This document shows, piece by piece, positions 16,243 through 30,989 of a DNA stretch of 64,000 nucleotides. The position numbers were made by a program, and so were the translations under genes. The DNA is from the human T2T-CHM13v2.0 reference genome, Homo sapiens, in NCBI RefSeq assembly GCF_009914755.1, contig NC_060926.1; one strand, 5' to 3'. The notes below the pieces were generated by a model that had not been told where the DNA came from, searched no databases, and was given only the letters and a program-made list of their open reading frames with translations. Within the stretch, counting starts at the first letter, position 1, and each line of letters starts with the position of its first letter.

Positions 16243-16663
16243 TGATATAGTTTGGGTGCTGTCTCCTCTACATCTCATATTGAAATATAATCCCCAATGT
16301 TGGAGTTGCTACCTGGTGGAAAGTATTTGGGTCATGAGGTGGATCCCTTAATAGCTTGGTACTGTCCTAGCGATCGTGAATGAGTTCTCTTGCAATCTGG
16401 TTGTTCAAAAGTGTGTGGAGTCTTCTCCCTACCAACCTCCCCCCACGACTCTTTCTGTTGCTCCTGCTTTTGCCATGTGAGGTGCCTGCTTTGGCTTTGC
16501 CTTCTGCCATGAGTAAAAGCTCTCTGAGGCCTCCCCAGAAGCCAAGTAGATGCCTGCCATACTTGTGCACCCTGCAGAACCATGAGCCAATTAAACCTCC
16601 TTTCTTTAAAAACTACCCAGTCTCAGGTAATTCTTTATAGCAATGCAAGAATGGCATAACACA
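16243..16663 (+). mobile_element. MST (MSTB-like) MaLR solo LTR
   Basis: Starts tgatatagtttgg and ends gcaatgcaagaatggcataacaca; internal ctgcagaaccatgagccaattaaacctc; 5-bp TSD ataat/atagt. Confidence 0.92.
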
Positions 16664-17074
16664 ATAGTAAAATAAATAAATTATATAAGAAAAGTACATT
16701 AAAGACCTAAACTTCCTTAAGGCAGGAGGTAACAAAGGCCAGGGAATTTTATTGTCTAAAAGCTATGAAATCTTATAATTTGATTTTTCAACAGACTTCT
16801 ATCAAATATGCTATAGTTAATATACTTATTTTTAAATTTATGAAAATTAAAAAGAATTTGCCTGTGATGAGCACATGGAATTTCATTATGCTATTATATA
16901 CTTCTGTTTATATTTAATCTTCCAATATTCAAAAGATTTTTTTAAATAAAGAATTTGCTGTAAAAGATTTTTTCAATATCCTTGGGAAGAGCTTGAAATA
17001 TCTCTTGGTCAGCAGGCCACCATTAGTCCACACAGCCACATTTGTGATAATTTTTTGAAAGTATCTTTTCCTGA

Positions 17075-17290
17075 CTGTCATAGGCAAGGATACAGGAGGA
17101 CTAAAGGTAATGCTCTGTTTTGGATGGGACCCTGGAACAAAAAAGGACCTTAGGTAAAAATCAAGAAAATCTGAATAAACTATAAGTTTAGTTAATAATC
17201 ATGTATTGGTATTGGTTAATTAATTGTAATAAACGTACCATTATAATGTAAGATGTTAGTAATAAGAGAAACTAAAAATTTATTTTAAAA
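17075..17290 (+). mobile_element. L1MC-type 3' UTR fragment
   Basis: ggatgggaccctggaacaaaaaaggaccttaggtaaaaatcaagaaaatctgaataaac. Confidence 0.7.
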
Positions 17291-18009
17291 AGAAGGGGAA
17301 ATGTCATATGAATGATGTCTAAATTCAGTAATGTATTTCATGGATACATTAAAATTTGCACTTACCAAATGAAAATATTGCATCCCACGGTTCAAATTTT
17401 TTCTGTCTTAAATAGTAAACACACATAAAAATCCCAAGTGGCCACATACAATGGCAGAAGTAAAGTCACTTAGGTTCTGTTTCCATTTTTTTTTAATAAC
17501 CACTTTTCAAATGCAGGAATATAAAGCAGCCCTGAATTTGGTGACAGAAACTGAATCTGAAGGAAACTTCATTAATTCTAAACCTTAGTAAGCTTGCTGT
17601 CTTAAACACATGTAGCTGGTCCTCATTTTTTTTTTTTCTTTTGAGTCATGAGCCAATTGGAACCAGGAATTCTGAGAATTATCTTCAATTATATAAGTTA
17701 TATGATATTTAATTTAAATAATACTATATTTATTAAAGAAAAAATAAAATAATGAAGTAAAAAAAACAAACTTTTAGCTATGCGAAATACTTATTAGCAA
17801 CAATTCTTTAGAACTTACACCAAAATAGTTTTTAGAGGGTGATTTTAGAGGCTATTTTATTATTCAAATCACTTACTATTGCTGGTATATGGTGAAAAGC
17901 AAATCAATTTGTAGGTAGTTTATTTTTTGTTTAAAATTCTCTTATGGTTTCCCTTCCTTTCTTGCATCCTGGGCTCATGGTTTCTTCCACCCTACCCTTC
18001 GTATGCCAT

Positions 18010-18155
18010 TGAGGCAGACATAATTTTAGATACTGGAGATACAGCAATTTTCTTCTCTCCTGAAGCTTACATTTAAGTGAAAGACTTATATGATAAGTAA
18101 GCAAATTATTAAATAAAGAGATAATTTAACATATTGTTAAGTTCTGGATGGAATA
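18010..18155 (-). mobile_element. L2 fragment
   Basis: tagatactggagatacagcaa..ctcctgaagcttacatttaagtg. Confidence 0.5.
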
Positions 18156-18159
18156 TGCT

Positions 18160-20815
18160 AACACAAGAATCCCAAAAAGCCTGCCAGGCACTGTGCCTTC
18201 TTCTTTGTAGTTGAGGATACAAGATGCATCAGTTTTTCTTTCACTCTAGGAGGAATATCCAAGCACATCCTTTGCCCATAAGCACCTTAAAACCATTCCT
18301 GAACCAACAGGTTCCTAAGTCCTCTTAGGATTTGTCTCCTACTCTTTGGAGTGATTGTGTTCTTACCAAATCATCCCAGTCATCTGCTAGTTACCTCTTG
18401 CTTGCCTTGTCCAATCAACATGATGCCACTAATGTAATGGGTCAGTGTAAGTCATCAGTCAAAGGGATGATCAGGATGGCCAGATTTTTTCAGATTCTAT
18501 TATGACAGAAGGAAGAGAGCTAATGTATTCCTAATGTAAAATTGCAAGTGGATATTTTTGTTGTTTCTGATCCTTCTTTTTCATTGGGATTGAAAAGAAT
18601 GCATTTTCTAGCTCACAGGCCTTATGTCAGATACTTGAAGTTTTATTTATCTGGTTTAGTAATGATACCACATCCAGCTCAGTAGATGGAAAGGACTCCT
18701 ACATGGTTAGGCCTGAGACCATAAGTACTTTTTCTCCAGTTTCTACAGGGGCCAGAACAGTGACCTAAGTGGAAATATGGTAGATCCACCACATCTTCAT
18801 CCTCTGGGTCTTCGATGGTGATTCTAATTTCTGCCATCTCCTACCTGTCTACACTGAGAATGCAATATGTTTTGAATTACATTACTATCTTGGCCAGGAG
18901 TGGGAGGCAGTTTTGGAGGTTTCCACTCAACCTTTCCCACAGGAAGGATCCAACATGGAATTTTTTCTCATTGCCAATATATCTGTTCCAGTTTTATTGG
19001 GAATAAGACCACTGGGGGCCACTCTAAGCTGAACTTTAGTCAGGATTTCTTTTACTACTCAGCCCCTGTAAGACTCTAGTCTAACGAGGGAAGCCATGAT
19101 GATATTTTGTCTCTGGGTATCAGTGTCAACTTAGACACTGTGTCCTGGAGTTTTCCTAATGCCTGGGTATTTCCTTTCCTCAGTGTATGGTCACCTTAAT
19201 AAAAATGGATCAGTGCAATGTTGAGGGGGAATGATTATGCCCCTATGGAAGAGCAATGAGGGAAATCATCATAATCTATAATGCTGCTAGGTGTCCTAAG
19301 GGCTTCTGCTTCAGCCAGTGGCTTCTGAATCTGAAAATTGACTTGGATCTGGAACTGAACAATATATCATGACTTTTTATTGAGTGACTATACACTTCCA
19401 GTTGTCTGATTATAGATATTAAACAGCAACTTGTTGGCTATTCTCTTGGAAATTTTGGCCCTAGGAACACTATGGTCTATTAATCATCTCCAGAACTCCC
19501 CATAGGCCTTGGCCAAACCCCTGCTTTACCAACTGTTATGGTAGTCATATCCCCTGACACCTGAAAGTTAAGTATGACCACCTGGCCTCTTTCACTTGGT
19601 ATCCCTTCATACCGATGGATATTATGAGCTATCCCTGACTCTCCAATCTCCAGCTCTGGCTGGTGGAACAGAGCCACCAGTGAAATTAGGGTGGCCCTCT
19701 CTCATCAGTGCATTCCTGTCGGCCTTGGTTAAAGGCCTGTCCTTCTGTGGGACATAATCTTCTGGTGGATTTCCTGGTCTCATATTATATATATGTATAT
19801 ATATTCTAGCATGCCAACTTTATTCAGTCTCTTTACTCTTTCCTCTACCATCTTCTAGGCCAGCTTGGGTATCTCTACTGCATTAATCATTGGCCATCAC
19901 TTTTCTCAGGCCTCTAAATGTCACCCTAAGAGAGTTTTCCCTATCCTAGGGGTAGATGCCAGAATATTAAATCTTATATCCTGAGAAAGTATCCCTAAGT
20001 CGTTGAAGTTATGCTTTTCAAATCTTATATTCCAGCTTCCTTCATCAAGCACTCTCAAAAGCCAGTCCCAGTGTTGCTCCTCTGACTCCTGCCAGGTTAT
20101 GTTTGCTCATATTTGCGGTTCTACATCTCTTTTCTCCCTTTCAAGGCCCAGAACATCTTAAGGATGGAATTTAACCTTAGTTTCTGTCTTGCAGTCAGGA
20201 GAGGAGGTGAGAATGTCTGAGCAGACAACCTGTTGCCTTGCAGAGGAGGGGTTTCAGAGCTTTTTTCCAGCATATAATAAATGCTAATTCTGAAAAAGTT
20301 TGGATAATTTCTGCAAATTCTGAGGCTTCTAGAAAGTCTCAGAAGCCAACATCATCATAGGCATCCATGTAACTTTCCCTATCTCATTTTTCATGTTCCA
20401 AGGATTTCCAACCATGGATCCATGCATAGCAGATCTGCTTTGACTAAGTACTTAGACATTTGGGGGGCTCTGCATCTCTAGGTATTAAATCATCTGTGTC
20501 TGTTCTTCTACTTAGTCTTTGCTTGTTAACTTCCCTCAGTTTCTCATCATCCTTCTGCAGGGCATCGTTAAAACCTAGTAGAAAGCAGCCATCTCTCCTG
20601 TTTTTATAGGCATTGTTCCCTTGTAATTTTCATATTTTTGAATCATTATACCTGCAAGAGCTTTCTCCTCCACTGGGATATTTTTCACCCAGGTCACCTC
20701 AGTGAAATATTTGGAAATTGGAACATTACTGTGTACAATGTGAACTTAGAATTAAAGTCTTCCTCTTTGCCAACCAGTTGGTGGGTGAGCCTGTTCCAAT
20801 ATAAGTACAATACTA
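18160..20815 (-). mobile_element. ERVL (class III, HERV16/ERV3-16A3-like) internal region: gag, protease and RT relics
   Basis: Minus-strand peptides: RGQVVILNFQ (gag), GKGNTQALGKLQDTVSKLTLIPRD (protease, DTG to DTV at 19136-19144), ENAFFSIPM, LTHYISGIMLIG (YIDD to YISG at 18425-18436), VKEKLMHLVSSTTKKKAQCLAGFLGF. Confidence 0.85.
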
Positions 20816-20817
20816 CT

Positions 20818-21190
20818 TATATCAGTTTGAGCTTTCCAAGAAGCAGACAACGAGATGGGATTAGAAGTTCAACAGGTTTATTGGACAGAATATGGAGGAA
20901 GTTGTTTCTCTTAAAAAGCCAAGTGAGATTTAAAGGCAGACATTCCAGGGTCCTGTGGTAGAGACCGATAATCAGTGGAGCTGGTGAGAACAAGGGTAGC
21001 AAAAAAAAAAAAAAAAAAAGAGGGGCTTTTTCCAAAAGAAGCAACACTGTCCCCCCGCCATGACAAGTAGGAGCATAGGGAGAATAGGCAGAATTTGTGT
21101 GAGTGGCAAAGCTAAAATGTGGGCAGCTGTGGCAATCAGCGAGGCTTAACTGGAATTGACAGAGACTCTCTTGAAGGCAGCATGAGCACG
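20818..21190 (-). mobile_element. 5' LTR of the ERVL provirus (LTR16-like); right boundary uncertain
   Basis: tcagtttgagctttccaagaagcagacaacgagatgggattagaagttcaacaggtttattgg with antisense AATAAA, abutting the internal region. Confidence 0.55.
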
Positions 21191-21499
21191 TGTAGGCTTT
21201 CTTAATAAGCTGATTAGTATATGCTTTGGTTTGCAGAAAAGCAGGGATACATAGAAACAGAAAGGAAAAAAAATGTTTTGAAACAGATAGTTGGGGAAAA
21301 AATCGTATTAAGTGGAAAATCATAACTGTTCAAATTCCTTAGTCTTAGTATGAGGTTCAGTCTATTTTAAATTACATATGGTGGGAAAGGGAGGATGTCC
21401 ATTGTAGTTATTGCTTAATAGCATGATTCTGGAATCTTAGTCAAAGGAATAAGATAAGAAAAAATATAATATTAGAAATAAAATATCTTGTTTCACATA

Positions 21500-22030
21500 A
21501 TTATCCACTAAAACAACTCAAAATGAGCAATGGGAAATATAACTAAATTCAGTTTCAAAATGCTTAGTATTTATATATAAATACATATTACTAAAAATCA
21601 TTACAATAATTGGATTACATGAATATGTTCCTGAACATATAATTTCCATAGTACTACTATAGGCATTTTTCTCAAATTAAGTTGTACATTCCATGAAATT
21701 CAAATTTCTATTTTAATGCAGTATTTTTAATAATTTGTCAACATATTTTGAAATTCATATAAAAATAAAGGAACAAACATAGCATATTAAAAGTAAAAAT
21801 AAGAGGGATACTTCTATTCCTACATATTACAACATATTATAAAGTCAGAGGTACTCAGGAAGTACAGTCTTATTCCTAATGCAGACTTATAGATAAATGA
21901 ATGAGAATAGATAGCATAAAACTGGTCTTTAGGTTTATTGTTTATTTTTCTTTGCTAATAAAGACGGCATCCAAAATTAGTGGGGAAAATATAACATCAA
22001 TGAATCATACTGTGAAACACAACTTTATGG
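21500..22030 (+). mobile_element. Very old L1M ORF2 3' fragment
   Basis: tgaaattcatataaaaataaagg..catattataaagtcag..gacttatagataaatgaatgagaatagatagc..aattagtggggaaa. Confidence 0.6.
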
Positions 22031-22114
22031 ACTTAGGAACAATTGTTATTCAGAGTATCATTTAAAATGACTTAACATGACTATCATGTTAAGAGTGTAG
22101 TTAATATCCTTATT

Positions 22115-22203
22115 CTAGGAGTATCCTGTTTTCTGAGAGCTGAAGATGTTGCTGGGATGTGGGACTTTCTGGTTTAAAAGTGGGACAATTTTGGTCATCC
22201 TAG
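22115..22203. mobile_element. MER81-like hAT MITE fragment
   Basis: gggatgtgggactttctggtttaaaagtgggacaattttggtcatccta. Confidence 0.5.
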
Positions 22204-24399
22204 ATAATGCCAAAGTAGGAATTTGAAGGTCATGGTGTAAAGAACTGATGAGATAGTTTATAAGATAATCAGTAGATAAGAGGAGAATTTCCTGTTGAAG
22301 TTCTAGGGTCAGAGGGTGAGTAGGCAGTTAAATTATGCAGGACCTTGTGGGATGAGGAAAGAATATTGGAGTTTGATTCAAGTGATTGGCCCCCAGCGAG
22401 GGTTTTTCAATGGGGAGTGACTCATGTGTTTCCATATGGTACCAAGAATTTTTCCAGCTGTCATGAAGAGAATAGAGGTGCCCACTTCTTCCTAGACAAC
22501 AGATTGGGAGGAACTGCACCAAAACATTTCTATGGCTATTTTTGAATGGTGAGACTTGTTTTCTTTGTTTTTAAATATTACTTTTTTGAATGAATATTTT
22601 TACTGTCATGCATTACTGTTTTTAACAATTCTTTTATTTAAAAGTAAGTTTAGTAATATGATCTGAAGATAGAAAAAGATAATAAATGAACACATGTTCC
22701 CACTTAATTAAATATGTCTAATAAAATGGGACTTTTTATCAAAGTTTATAATTTACTTAAGCCAACTGAATAAAGTTCAAAACCACCCTCCCTTACCCAC
22801 ACATTTTTCCTAAGAGGCCAAACTCCAGACTTGGATCTGGAATTCAAAGTCCATTCATCTGAATATAATGAAAAAGGACAATTTAGATGTAAAAGCAACA
22901 AAAATCAATTTGCCTGTATCAGCAAAGAAATGGTAGCTATATAGTTTTACTTCAAAGGTTTAGAAATATGTCAGTAATGCTGAGATTAAAATTACATAGA
23001 CCTGGACAAATAACAGATTCGACTCTTCTCTACTGTGGACATTAACAAATTCTAAAGTTCTAGTTCAGATTAAAAATAAAAATAAAACAATATCCTTTCT
23101 CAAGAACAGCAGTACAGCCTTCTTATCCTTTTGCTAATGTCTCATGGAGACTCATGAAGACTATCATAGATTCAGTATTTTGAAGTAATATTATTAAACA
23201 TTTAATCTAATGACATATTTGATATTTCTAACGAGGTACTTTGTAGGGTTCAGCACTGGAACATCAATAGCAATGATTACATACACACGCATGCACACAC
23301 ACAGTTAATTTGTGAAATTTACTACATCGAAAAGAGCTTCTCAGTAAAAACGAACCATAAGTGTTTTCAATGTTAATGACCACTGAGTTTTTTCTTTTTT
23401 TTTTTCTTATCCTTACTCATGGATAATGATAGTGTCAGTTGTATCACTTGAAATTATGAAAGATAATGGTTAGGTAATTACTTGTTTTTCTGCACGCCCA
23501 TGTCATTACAAATTAGTGAAGTCCACCTCAAATTGTCAGCATCCAGCTCCATTGATCTCTTGGTTAGTTTCTAAAAGCAGGAAGTTACAGCGATGTGCAG
23601 TTAATGCTGGCGGCTGCAAATAGACTGCCTACAGGTCTGTTTTTGTAAAGAAAATTTTCAATTAGTGAAAGCCATGGGCATCAGCTTTCAAAAAAAGGAA
23701 AAAGAACTTCCCTATACATCTTTGATCTTTTCTGCTACATCATGTTTTTTCATGAAAGAGAGTTACAGTGCTCCTGCTTTAAAAGCTTCTACAAAATAAT
23801 TTCGTTTTCCAGCCAGCAAGATTAAAGACTCAGAACCCTTTATTTAAATAATGGTGCAGGAACAAAATGTTAAATTTAGATCGTGTTTCTAAGAGATTCA
23901 CTAGATTAAAATTAGCTAAGAAGTAATAAAGTAAGCGAAAGAACTTATTTCATTCACTTTTTTTTAATTGATAGTATCAATATTTCATAGATTGGCTGAT
24001 CGTTTCTTCCTGATCTTTCTCTGCCTTGCCATCACTTTATGAAACTATTGTTGCTTTTAGAGGTTTCCTTGATTCATGAAATCTCCTTTAAAAATGTTGT
24101 TTTCAATCTCTGTTCTTTATCTAATGGGGGAAAAATTTGTGACAGCAGAGAAGAAGCTCTGGATCTTGTCCCTGTTTCCATCAGCCATGCATTCCCATAT
24201 ACCCTTATATTTTGTTTTTCACTTCCTCATTAAGGAAAATGCAGTGGTTTCTGTCAGGTGTAGGTTGTACAGAATGTAGACACTTAGAAGGTCCACACTT
24301 AGATGTTAGACTCTCATGAGAGAAAAGTAATCTCAGGTGAATCATAGCCCTGACAAGGTATCAAAAGGACATGGACATAGCCTGGAATTGGGGAAAATT

Positions 24400-24828
24400 G
24401 TTTGTTTTTTTAAATTATTTAATATTAAGTTCTGGGATACATGTGCAGGATGCGCAGGTTTGTTATATAAGTATACATGTGCCATGGTGGTTTGCTGAAC
24501 CTATCAAACCATCACATAGGTATTAAGCCCCACATGCATTAGCTATTTATCCTGATGCTCTTCCTCCCCTTGGCCCCCTAACAGGTCCCAGTGTGTGTTG
24601 TTCCCTTCCATGTGTCCATGCGTTCTCATTGTTTAGCTCCCACTTATAAGTGAGAATGTGTAGTTTTTGATTTTCTGTTCTTGTTGTAGTTTGCTGAGGA
24701 TAATGGCTTCCAGCTCCATCCATGTCCCTGCAAAGGACATGATCTTGTTCTTTTTATGGCTGCATAGTATTCCATGGTGTATATGTACCACATTTCCTTT
24801 ATCCAGTCTATCACTGAAGGGCATTTAG
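24400..24828 (-). mobile_element. L1PA8-10-type 3' end
   Basis: taagttctgggatacatgtgcagg..ctcccacttataagtgagaa..ggctgcatagtattccatggtgtatatgtaccaca; ORF fragment MSFAGTWMELEAIILSKL. Confidence 0.93.
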
Positions 24829-25779
24829 AGATTTCTTAGAGCACTTTGAGTTGTAAGTTTCTAGCACAGAGCTCTGTGAAGAAGAGGCACTCTGTATGTG
24901 TGATTGTATTAGGTTGTATAAGAGAGTTTTACTATCTATTAAAAATAAATATCATCTTTATTAAAAATGAAAAGCAGTCAATATCTCTATCCATCACAGG
25001 CTTTTAATAATAAGTTCCATCCTCCCTGGTGTCTAAACAATAGTTTAGTTCCTCAGTCAATCCTTCACATGGAGATTATTAGGATGGGTAGTCTTGCAGG
25101 ACTCACTATGTACGCAGTATCCTAGGGAAATAAACGAATGCCAATAGATTTACTTTGTACAAGTGTGAGAAAATTTACAAATGCAAATAGTTAATAATGG
25201 TTAGGAAAATCTACTAGTAACATTTTTATAAGTAATGGATAATAAGAGAAAAGAAAGCTTTAAAATTTGTAGGATAATGTAATGGTAATTTTAATTAAGT
25301 GATTAAAATTGTGTATAATTTATGCTGAATTCTGAAGAATAATAATTATTATTACTTAAATTTCAAATTAGCATTGTTCAGTTTTCTTTGATTTGAACAA
25401 TATATCACCTGTACAGGTTCAGTATTTCTGCTTTGTCTTTCTGTAATGTGATTGAATCATATATTATAAACAATTAGAGAAAATATTGGCTCAGAAAATG
25501 TCTATGGAAAGACAATAAGAAAAAGTCTATATGGTTTTCATGAAAAAAAAACTATGATTTAACGCGCTTTCATGTCTACTCTTGGTATTCTCTATTTTCG
25601 CCTATTCAAACAAAAAAAAAATCTTGGATAAGCTTTGTTATATAACACAAAAAAGATGGAAAAGAAAATTTTCTTGAAGTTCAAATTAAGAACAAATTAC
25701 ATCCTAAATGGAGGAGCTTTAGGCTTAGCCAACATTTCTCTGTGTGCATTCTGCAGAAGAGAGTCTGCTACAAGTAACT

Positions 25780-25985
25780 CTGTTAAAAGCCTTCCATGGT
25801 CAAATACATGAAGGAAATTTCACTCTTAATATAGTTAAATATGTTTATGTTAATATTCTAATCTGAAAGTCTAAAAAAGGGATATATCTTGCAGAATTTC
25901 CCAAACTTACTTAAATGCAGTAGCTTTTTCTATTGTATGGCATCCTTGGTTGCTCTGTGGAACAAAATTGTGAAACATTTTTTCA
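25780..25985. mobile_element. hAT-Charlie non-autonomous element fragment (family uncertain)
   Basis: gcagaatttcccaaacttactt...ctctgtggaacaaaattgtgaaaca. Confidence 0.4.
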
Positions 25986-27721
25986 GGTAATAATAGGTAA
26001 TGCAGAAGTAAAAATGCAAGATTAGAATTATTTTTGTTTTCTCTTGTTTTTTAAAATCCTATCCATCTCATACCTGAATTGCTTTTTTTGTCTAACACTT
26101 TTGTTTAACTTACTAATGTTTTAGGACATTTTGTTCCAGTTATTGCTTCGAGGAAAGAAACAAGGTGATCTAAATGCTTTTTTAATAATTGTGTGGGTCC
26201 CTAAAAGCTTGTCTTCATTGTCCTGTCTGGATCCTGTCTTGCCACATCAAATATTTTATTGTGCTTCACAATAAGTCACCTTAATTTAAAATAACTTAAT
26301 CTTTATATTTTAAGTTTATGTTTAGATTAACTATTTTATAAGGACCTGTTCTTGAGAGTTTAAGGTTATGTTTCTAATGTTGTTTGAGCATTTAATATAT
26401 AGAAAACTTTTACCTGAAAAAATAAGTGATTAAAAAATAAGTGATTTGATATTTTTCCTCTATGTAGGAAACCTGATTAAATGCTAAGTCTTTCCAGTTC
26501 TACTGTTTTATGAATTGATCAAATGTTATAATCTTTAACAGGTTTTCTAATGATACTAGCTATTTATTCATCTCAGCTATAGAAATATTTACTGGTTATT
26601 CTTTTTATTTGAGGATCTATCCTTTAGCCTCTATTTTTATTCATCTTTAAAATGGAGTGCATCCTTACTCTGTTAACCTTTAAAATGTATGGCTCTAAGT
26701 GAAAATACAAAAGTAATTATATTGTTGATAAAATATAAAAATGTTTCTGTAGCAAACTACACATTTTTTTCACAAAACACTTGCATTTTGAAAGAATTTT
26801 TGACAGGGTTCCACATCAGCAGTTAATGGCAGAGTACTTGGTATGGGAGTCTTTGGAGAAGGGGAAAATTGGCTCTACAAATTAGAGACCGAGAGCAAGA
26901 AACCAAAAAATACAGTCATAGATGGGTGACACTACATTGGCAGCAAAGGTGAATATGTGGAGACTGACAGCCAGAAGTATATAGATTTAGATCATCTTAA
27001 GACGACTAGATAAAAAAAGAAAATAGTCAAGACAGTTACATTAGAGTTGTATCACACTAGCTGTCTGTTGGCATTCCTATTACAGAACATTCTTTCGTTT
27101 TCTGGGTATACCAATGACTGACAAAATGAACTAACTACAAGCCAATACTTGGTGGGCTAGGCCTCAAGCCAGTAGCAATGTTTATTTTTCAAACCATGAA
27201 ATGCATTTGGCCTTCTTTAGTTACCAGGAAAAGAAGAAGAAAGAAGGAAAACTCGATTGGCACAAAGTGGCTTCATTTAGAAAATACAAATGATTATTCT
27301 GCCAAAACCTCATCCTACTGAGTTGGGGCCTCAGTAAGGGGAGAATTCTTAAAGAACATTTTTGGGTACCTATATTAGTTTGTGTGCTTCATGTAAAATC
27401 ATATTTCCAACAGTATAGCACACAATGCTTTCCATGTGAAATCAGATAATGGGTGTTATGTATTTTTTAGAATTGATAAGGCCCATTGCAATTCACTTTT
27501 TATAAAATGTGAATGTTGAGTTCTATACTATTAGGGATATAATATGCCTCGACCAAGAAACTTTCCAAATACAGTTTGAGCCAATATACCAGGATTGTAG
27601 CAAAGATTTGCTGGATTTATAATATATTTTCTCAAAAACAGTTTAACCACATATATGCAAATTCTCCTTTGAAGCTATTCTCTATTCATTGCTAAATATT
27701 TCATTATTGTAGTTGCTCTCA

Positions 27722-28119
<398 letters not shown>

Positions 28120-28624
28120 CCAAAAAGCTAATGAAGATATTCCTTACAAAATATTTTACTTCATTTACTTCTAGTCCTTCCCAAATACATGAGTTTTAAC
28201 AAGGAACAATGATTGCAGGCTGTAAAAAAATAAACTGCATTCAGAAACATTTTCATTAAAGTTGGCAAATACTCTTTAGTCTTAAAGTTATACAATTCAT
28301 ATTTGATATATCTAAGCCACTAAATAATTTCTCAAAAATTTCAAATGTCTAGATAGTACCCAGAATAAAATGAATTTTATAGAAGTACATATTTATTCTA
28401 CACTTTTAGAAATATCCAGATATTGACTAAATTAGTTAGATGTGAGGGGCCCGGTGAGTATGGTATTCTAGGAGATATTTCTTCTGATACTAAAGTATTT
28501 TTTAAACTATGTTAACTGCATTTTTTTCAGTAGCCATGTGATCATAAGTTGCGCTCATGTTATTTAATATATTACAAATAAAAACATAATTTTATTTTTT
28601 AAGCACAATGTTTTTATTTAGTGG

Positions 28625-28810
28625 ATGACTATTAAGAACCTGCAATGTGATAAGTGCTTTTATGTGCATCTCCAAGGCTTGACAATCACCCTGGAAAATG
28701 AGCAGCCTCGTACCATAGAAATGAAGAGTGAAAAAGGTTAAATAATTTTTTACTTAGCTGTAGAATAAAAATTTAAATTTAGTACCTGATGATTCTAAAG
28801 TCTACATTAC
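28625..28810 (-). mobile_element. MIR-like fragment
   Basis: taagtgcttttatgtgcatc..aaaggttaaataat..cctgatgattctaaagtc. Confidence 0.45.
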
Positions 28811-29105
28811 TCATTTTGTATACTATCTTGCAATTTTATTAAAATACTAATAAAGAAATATACTTCTTATGGAACCATGTAGCAAAAGTGGTGGCTATGT
28901 GACTGGTACTAGACTTTCTACTACATGTTTCATTGGTTTGCCCTCCTCTTTCTTTCCCTTATCCCTGCATGATTTGGACAATAGTTCATATATCTAATAC
29001 TTAAGGTTGTCTACATTTTATTTTGTTATCAGTATTGGTTAATTTGAACTTTATAAAGTTAACTGAGAATCAATGATCTAACACTATAGAATAACATCTA
29101 CATAG

Positions 29106-29423
<318 letters not shown>

Positions 29424-30757
29424 TTATGATATGCATAATTATGAACAAAGAATCTAGAAGTGCCAGAGAGTTATCTTTTGATGTTAACTTTCAAGCCTTC
29501 CAACCATGGATATAGCAAATGATAAAATGAAACTAAAAATCCAAACCATTATCTCTGCCTAAACTCAGCGTTCTGAAGTTTTATGACCTATATTCTGCTA
29601 ATCTTACACACTGGAAGAATCCTGATCTTGTCTATACTATGATGCTAAGTTTTTAAAATCAAGGTAGTCCTTGTTAATTGAAAAGAATTACATATTCACT
29701 GAATTGTGATTGTCCAAAGGAATTCATTTTCTTAAGTGCAGATGCTCCTTTATTTATGATAAAGTTAAATCTTTATTCACAAAAGTTAATCTGCTTTTGA
29801 ATGGAATCTTGTACTCTCTAATTGTTTAGAGAACAGTTAGAGAATTCTGTCATCTCAGAGAATCTCTGAGTTTCTTTCAAAAAGTTTACCAAGGCCCTAA
29901 CATCAATCCGTGGAAGGTGCCAGACTGTGTTTGGCCTTAGGTGGTGGATCAGATGTAAATGCCCCAGGGCCTCTTTGACAGTTCATTTCATTTCAAAGTG
30001 GTCAGGAATTTGGATCCCACATTCATACAAATAATTGTCTTTCTTTTCAGTTTTTTAAAGTCCTCAATATTTTAGTGGAAAGACAAGGAAAAATAAGAGT
30101 TCCAGGTGAAGCCATCCTCTGGTCGCTCCTGCAGAGGTGACAGACTAGAAGGTATCCTGACTCAAGGTTGTGATAGAATGACTTAAGATGAGCTTCGCTG
30201 GCCTTGTTTCTCATTCCTTCCACAACCTGCCTGCTCTACCAGTGCATGTCTGATTTAAAGATATGGATGCTAGCCAACTGTTCCATGATCAATCTACACA
30301 GGAAAAAGGTGATATTGCAATTTAAAAGGAGAGGCCGATGTGATTTAGGAACACTTGAAGAGAATTGTTTGCCCTTAAACCACAGAGGTTCTTAATCTTG
30401 AGATGTTACTAAATCATCAGTACCTAGAATCAGATTTAGGAAAATTTTAGCTATGAGTTATAGGACAACACTGAATTAAAAATGGGACCATCAATGTGTG
30501 CTATATTAAACCATGATGACATGAGCATATGAGCAAATTCATTAATCTTTTAGGAAGTAAACAAATCCAGTATGAAGAATTTTATTAAAATCATTTCATA
30601 ATATAGAACAAAAAAGCTTGATCTAAGGACTGGGGAGATTTCCCTTCAATAACAAGCAAACTATATATATATATGTATAGGCATCTACTAGAAAGTGGCT
30701 TTTAATGCTGAGCAAATGGGTATTGACTCTACTTTCACAGCGAATAGAATCAAGGCC

Positions 30758-30950
30758 TACACTACCCAATAGAACTTTCTGCAGTGACGAAATGCTTTGT
30801 ATTTGCAGTGTCTGATACAATCATAAGTAGTCAATGTGGCTATTGAACACTTGAAAAGTGGATAGATTGATTGAAGAACAAATTTTTTTAAATGTCTAAG
30901 TAAATTTATATAGCCTTATGTGACTACTGGCTACTTTATTGACAGCACAA
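30758..30950. mobile_element. MER3 hAT-Charlie MITE
   Basis: ccaatagaactttctgcagtgacgaaatg..atgtggctattgaacacttgaaa..actggctactttattgacagcac. Confidence 0.85.
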
Positions 30951-30989
30951 ATCCGGACAGCCAATCTAACAACCAAGAAAGTATTTAAC

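Noticed and set aside
20817-21323. 168-aa minus-strand ORF
   Set aside because: Runs through an LTR relic and a poly(A) tract (FFFFF); no recognisable domain
29853-29870. 8-bp inverted repeat ctcagaga-a-tctctgag
   Set aside because: Expected by chance in 64 kb, with no supporting context
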